A stretch of DNA of 64,000 bases, taken from contig JBDOQK010000018.1 in the NCBI GenBank assembly GCA_040437565.1, positions 62,001 through 126,000 of the forward strand. Reading direction: 5' to 3'. The position numbers were made by a program, and so were the translations under genes. This stretch comes from Albugo candida (Eukaryota). Shown one piece after another: positions 59,430 through 64,000 of the stretch; the first letter of the stretch is position 1, and each line of letters opens with the position of its first letter. The notes below the pieces were generated by a model. That model had not been told where the DNA came from. It was given only the letters and a program-made list of their open reading frames with translations, and did not search any database.

Positions 59430-61246
59430 AGTAGTTTGCTGAATGTCGTGATTTGACATGTAGTTTGTGTTTCTTATTCGTGCGTGTTGAGTTTCTGCTG
59501 TTGCAGTGTGCGCTTAAAATTAACAAATTGGATGAGAACGAGGGCGCTGAGTCTATGTGAAGGAAAACTGTAAAATCCGAGTGGTATGACTTTTGAATAC
59601 ACAGCGCCTCTAGCTTCATTTTCTCACATCACCGGGATTTTATTCTGTATTACGTGCGGAATAGGTGTCCGGAACATGACTTGATATAGAGCAAGCCAAA
59701 TAATAATTGGGTCGACTAATACGCATGAGCGCTACAGAATTACTGCTGCTACGCTTGATCTTAGCCATTAGGCCGAGAAGGTATTTATGATGGGATCGAA
59801 GCACATGGTGAAACTCTTCGTTTTCTAATCAATCAAATCGGAACTGTGTCTATGGGTTTGTCAGAGTGAGCGCCGGTCGTCAATTTTGAGGAATGTAAGG
59901 ACCTTTTTACTCCTTAGGACTATACTATCGGTTGGTATCTTTGACAGCTTATTCTAAAATCTTCGAGTCGATGGTGTTCATCGAGACTTGAGCATATCCA
60001 ACCTGATAATTTGCTGGCTCTCGTTCGGGTTAAAATCAGCCAGCTCTTAGGAAGTGGTCTCATTTTGAGTCTCGCTTGCATATATTGTTTTGCAACGTTT
60101 TGTGGATACTCGTCCACTTGACTACATAAAAGCTGTATGTATCAGAAGCATATAAGTAATGGATTGGGAGGTAGCCTGAGCAGTCGTTCAAGGAGTTGAA
60201 CGGTTTCGGCCCGAATTGACGTAACTGAGATCATCTATTATCGTCAGGTAGAGTCATTGAAATCGCCGCTTTGGTGCATCTGTCTGAATCTGCCCTGACC
60301 CCACACCACACGATGGCTGAATCACATAGATATACCGATAGGAATGCACTAATGTAAGGATCACCCACAAAAAACCTCAGTCTGTTCCATGCTGCCCGCA
60401 CGGCACTCAGACATAGAATCCTAGGGAAGAGAACGTAGAGCGAATGTAAAAATCTGTCTTAATAGGCATTTGTATCATGCTTAACCTCGCTTCATTGCAC
60501 AATGCCTCGTGCACGCGTGACGAGATCGGAAAAGAATAGGAATGTAAAAGCTCCCAAAGACGAACATTTCCACCTCAGCATGAAGTTCGACTTCTTACCT
60601 GCTTTACGCTAGAAAGCAGAAGCGCTGTACTCGTAAAACATGTGGCACTTATAGTCTTGATCGACAAGACTTGAGACGCTGACAAAACAAATTAAGACTA
60701 CGCCTTCAGATCATGCCCGAGAAAAACTCGTCAATTAAGGTGCTGAAAAATACCTAGTTAAACACTCGTCTCATCAGAGCCTAACATACCTAATATTGCT
60801 TATATGCATAGGGTAGCCTGATCTACAGTAATAAGTGGCTCCTCTCATGCGTTAATGTAACGATGATAATATTGATGCATCATGTGAGAAACGAATGAAT
60901 TTGATGCATTGGATCCAAATTTAGCCAAATAGATGGAAAGAACAATAGAAATTTGTAAAAGACTTGCTATTCCGCAATTTGATTAGTAATATCTCTGGAC
61001 ACAAATTCTGACTTGAAATGAGTGTAACAATCAGAGAAACTCTAATTGTTGCGTAATGGTCACATAGTAATGCGTACTAACAACTCTTTATCGCTGTACA
61101 AGAAATGAAGCTTACAAACAAATTCACCAGCTTGCACGCAACTGTTATCAGCTCAGAACTTGCCTTCGCAGTGAGTATCGTAGGAAAGTCGCAATCATAA
61201 ACAACTACTTTCGATTCTCGACTTCGATTACAAGACTTGGGTAAAA

Positions 61247-63751
61247 ATGCTCAGTACTCTATATTTCGTATGCGGTTTAGGCGCAGCACTTATCTCGCGC
61301 ACAACCGCCAGCGATTCCAAAGTTGACGCTATATTCAAAGACTTGACTCTTGATAACGGTCTCGGACAGCTTTTTCAACTTGAAGCACCAGCGACAGTTA
61401 TGGATGGAAAATTATTGAATTTAACGAAGCTTGAGATATACGCAAAGCTTGGTATTGGATCCTATCTCAACAACTTTGGGTTGTTTGACAAAGATGGTTT
61501 CCAGGAGAACTTGGACGGTTTTGAAATTCGAAACATAATTGACAAAATAATGAATGTCAGTTTGGAGAAGCAGCCTTTGAACCCGATTCTCTATGGCCTT
61601 GACTCAGTTCATGGAGCCAATTTTGTCGGGAAAGCAACGATCTTCCCTGCTCAGATAAATATTGGAGCTACTTTTGACGTCAAATACGCGTTTGAGGTCG
61701 GAGTGGTAGCCTCCAACGACACGGCTGCTGCCGGTGCCAAGTGGGTTTTTGCTCCGGTTTTGGACACGACTGCGAATTGTCGATTTCCTCGTGTACAAGA
61801 AACGTTTGGCCAAGACAGTTATTTGGTCTCTCGCATGGGTGCGGAGAGCGTGAGAGGTATCCAGAAATACGGACTTGTTAGCGCGTGCCCAAAGCATTTT
61901 CTCGGGTATCAGGAGACTACGATCGGATTTGATCGAACGAACGTTGAACTTAGCATGTTCAACATTGTCAACACTGCTCTGAAGCCTTTTATAGCGGCGA
62001 TCGACGCTGGTGCTTTGTCTATAATGGAAAGCTATTCATCTCTGAACACGTTGCCGATGGTCGACAACGAAAAGTGGCTTCGTAAAGTTCTCCGCGACAT
62101 TCTTCAGTTCAAGGGTGTTCTCATCACGGATTATAAGGAAGTGCAAAACCTGGTGGATTACCATCACACTGCGAGCAATTATACTGAAGCGCTGAAACGA
62201 TCTATCAGAGCTGGTGTCGACATTTCCATGATCGTCGATTACAGTATTGATTGGATTGATATGCTGAAGAAGATCATGAAAGAAGATCCCTCTATGATAC
62301 CTTTCGTTGAGACTGCCATCAAACGAGTTATATACGTGAAGAACCAGCTGAACCTCTACGATCAACCTTATTCTGGTAAGGAACTTCTTGCCAACATTGG
62401 ATCACAAGAAAGCATAGATTTGGCGATCCAAGTCGCCAGGGACTCGATTGTGCTGTTGCGAAATAACGACAGTGTTTTGCCGTTCAACCCAACTTCGAGA
62501 ATTTTTCTCACTGGGAATGCAGCAAATAATGCGGGTGGCATGAGCGGTGGATGGAGTCATGCGTGGCAAGGACAAGATGGAAATGATCTTTTCAAGGAGA
62601 GAATCACAATTCTCGATGGCCTGAAAAAGCTTGCCCAGAGACTCACATACACGGTAGGTTTAAATTACACCCAAGAGTATGACGAACAAGAAGTTTTGAA
62701 GGCGCAAAATATGGCCAAGGAGGCAGATGTGTGTGTTGTCGCTCTTGCTGAGCACTCAGGTGTTGAGAAGCCTTTTGACATCGATGATTTGGCTCTTCCT
62801 CTGAACCAGACCAAGTTTCTTGATGCGATGAAAATGTCGTGCAAGAAGCTTGTGCTTGTTCTAGTGCAAGCAAGACCGCGTACCTTTCCGGTCACCTCTG
62901 ATATTCATGCAATACTCAATACTATGCTCGTTGGACCGCATGGTGGACAAGCAATTGCTGAGATATTGATGGGTTTGTACAATCCCAATGGACGACAAGT
63001 AGTCCCGTACTCAATGAAAGATGGACACAACAGTATTCCCTACAATGCCCCTGTCGACACGTTGTGTGGATATGGTCCATGTGTGGCCGACTTTCCGTTC
63101 GGATTTGGGCTATCTTACACGAAGTATGTGTACTCGAATCTCAGAATGAGCACGCAAACTGTCGCATGTGCAGGAACTCTTACTGTTAAGGTGGATGTAT
63201 CGAATCAGGGTTCCATGGCGGGGAGGGAAGCAGTTCTTCTTTTTATCCAACAAAAGACACGCTCTCATGTTCCGGAGATAAAGAATCTCAAGAGCTTCGA
63301 GAAAATCTCGCTCGCCATTGGTGAGACTAAGACCGTGACATTCGAACTTCAACAAGATGCATGGACGTATCTATCNNNNNNNNNNNNNNNNNNNNNNNNN
63401 NNNNNNNNNNNNNNNNNNNNNNNNNNNNNNNNNNNNNNNNNNNNNNNNNNNNNNNNNNNNNNNNNNNNNNNNNNNGTTCTTCTTTTTATCCAACAAAAGA
63501 CACGCTCTCATGTTCCGGAGATAAAGAATCTCAAGAGCTTCGAGAAAATCTCGCTCGCCATTGGTGAGACTAAGACCGTGACATTCGAACTTCAACAAGA
63601 TGCATGGACGTATCTATCTCCGGAGATCGAGGAAAACTTTCGTGTTGTTTGCGAGCCAGGAGCCTTTTTCGTTGCAATAAAGTACGACACGTTGTGCAAG
63701 TTCGACGGTAGCGAAACAAACGAAATGTGTGGTAAATTTACCGTTGCTTGA
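61247..63751 (+). CDS. Secreted GH3 beta-glucosidase, paralogue 2 (gap plus a ~143-bp artefactual duplication near the 3' end)
   Basis: Signal peptide; YGLDSVHGANF, KHF, ITDY and PFGFGLSY; colinear with paralogue 1. Confidence 0.95.
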   Translation: MLSTLYFVCGLGAALISRTTASDSKVDAIFKDLTLDNGLGQLFQLEAPATVMDGKLLNLTKLEIYAKLGIGSYLNNFGLFDKDGFQENLDGFEIRNIIDKIMNVSLEKQPLNPILYGLDSVHGANFVGKATIFPAQINIGATFDVKYAFEVGVVASNDTAAAGAKWVFAPVLDTTANCRFPRVQETFGQDSYLVSRMGAESVRGIQKYGLVSACPKHFLGYQETTIGFDRTNVELSMFNIVNTALKPFIAAIDAGALSIMESYSSLNTLPMVDNEKWLRKVLRDILQFKGVLITDYKEVQNLVDYHHTASNYTEALKRSIRAGVDISMIVDYSIDWIDMLKKIMKEDPSMIPFVETAIKRVIYVKNQLNLYDQPYSGKELLANIGSQESIDLAIQVARDSIVLLRNNDSVLPFNPTSRIFLTGNAANNAGGMSGGWSHAWQGQDGNDLFKERITILDGLKKLAQRLTYTVGLNYTQEYDEQEVLKAQNMAKEADVCVVALAEHSGVEKPFDIDDLALPLNQTKFLDAMKMSCKKLVLVLVQARPRTFPVTSDIHAILNTMLVGPHGGQAIAEILMGLYNPNGRQVVPYSMKDGHNSIPYNAPVDTLCGYGPCVADFPFGFGLSYTKYVYSNLRMSTQTVACAGTLTVKVDVSNQGSMAGREAVLLFIQQKTRSHVPEIKNLKSFEKISLAIGETKTVTFELQQDAWTYLXXXXXXXXXXXXXXXXXXXXXXXXXXXXXXXXXXVLLFIQQKTRSHVPEIKNLKSFEKISLAIGETKTVTFELQQDAWTYLSPEIEENFRVVCEPGAFFVAIKYDTLCKFDGSETNEMCGKFTVA

Positions 63752-64000
63752 GCTATGCGAGTATGTTGCCTCAGAGTATCGGCTAGATTTTCAGTGTAGA
63801 TTTTCAGTGGTGTAAAGATCTCGGTTGTTTGGTCTGAGACTCATGAATACACGTAGATGAATCATCCTCTTTGTACAAATATGCGATGGCTGGGGAAAGA
63901 TACTGTTGCATTTTACTTGACGTCAGAAAACTGAGTATCACCGTTTCTATTAGCATTGCGCTTAGTGAAGGGCGGACCTAGAATAGGTAAAGATCGACTG

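Noticed and set aside
59430..61246. 1.8-kb spacer between the GH3 genes as a possible transposon relic
   Set aside because: No terminal repeats or RT/transposase motifs recognisable by eye.
63784..63809. 13-bp tandem duplication tagattttcagtg
   Set aside because: Simple slippage in a 3' flank; no sign of function.

Overview
Gene-dense, intron-containing eukaryotic genomic DNA from a draft assembly, almost certainly an oomycete. Evidence: elicitin-like genes, INR/FPR-type promoter motifs, a multi-TM TKL kinase and tandem secreted GH3 glucosidases. The moderate GC, compactness and flagellar genes suggest an Albugo-like lineage (inference). About 26 genes are supported. Housekeeping: KRR1, Tctex-1 dynein light chain, SWIB/DEK-C protein, KDSR, DBP7, CCT8, PRP22/DHX8, DRE2, PrimPol, a HECT E3, SEC63 and ZNF207-like. 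Also present: two rhodanese paralogues, a PG-repeat (SHIPPO/ODF3-like) gene, a giant FYVE-pseudoJ-FYVE-PX coiled-coil protein, and a surface/signalling block (two elicitin-like proteins, an MLO-like protein head-to-head with a multi-TM TKL kinase, two GH3 enzymes). Highlights: (1) an old three-gene tandem duplication resolved by reciprocal pseudogenisation, keeping only the rhodanese twice, with signs of gene conversion; (2) the elicitin/MLO/membrane-kinase cluster as a candidate sensing and Ca2+-signalling module (hypothesis only). Most exact duplications next to 100-N gaps are assembly artefacts. No prokaryote-type systems (CRISPR etc.) were seen. Exon boundaries were read by eye and are approximate.
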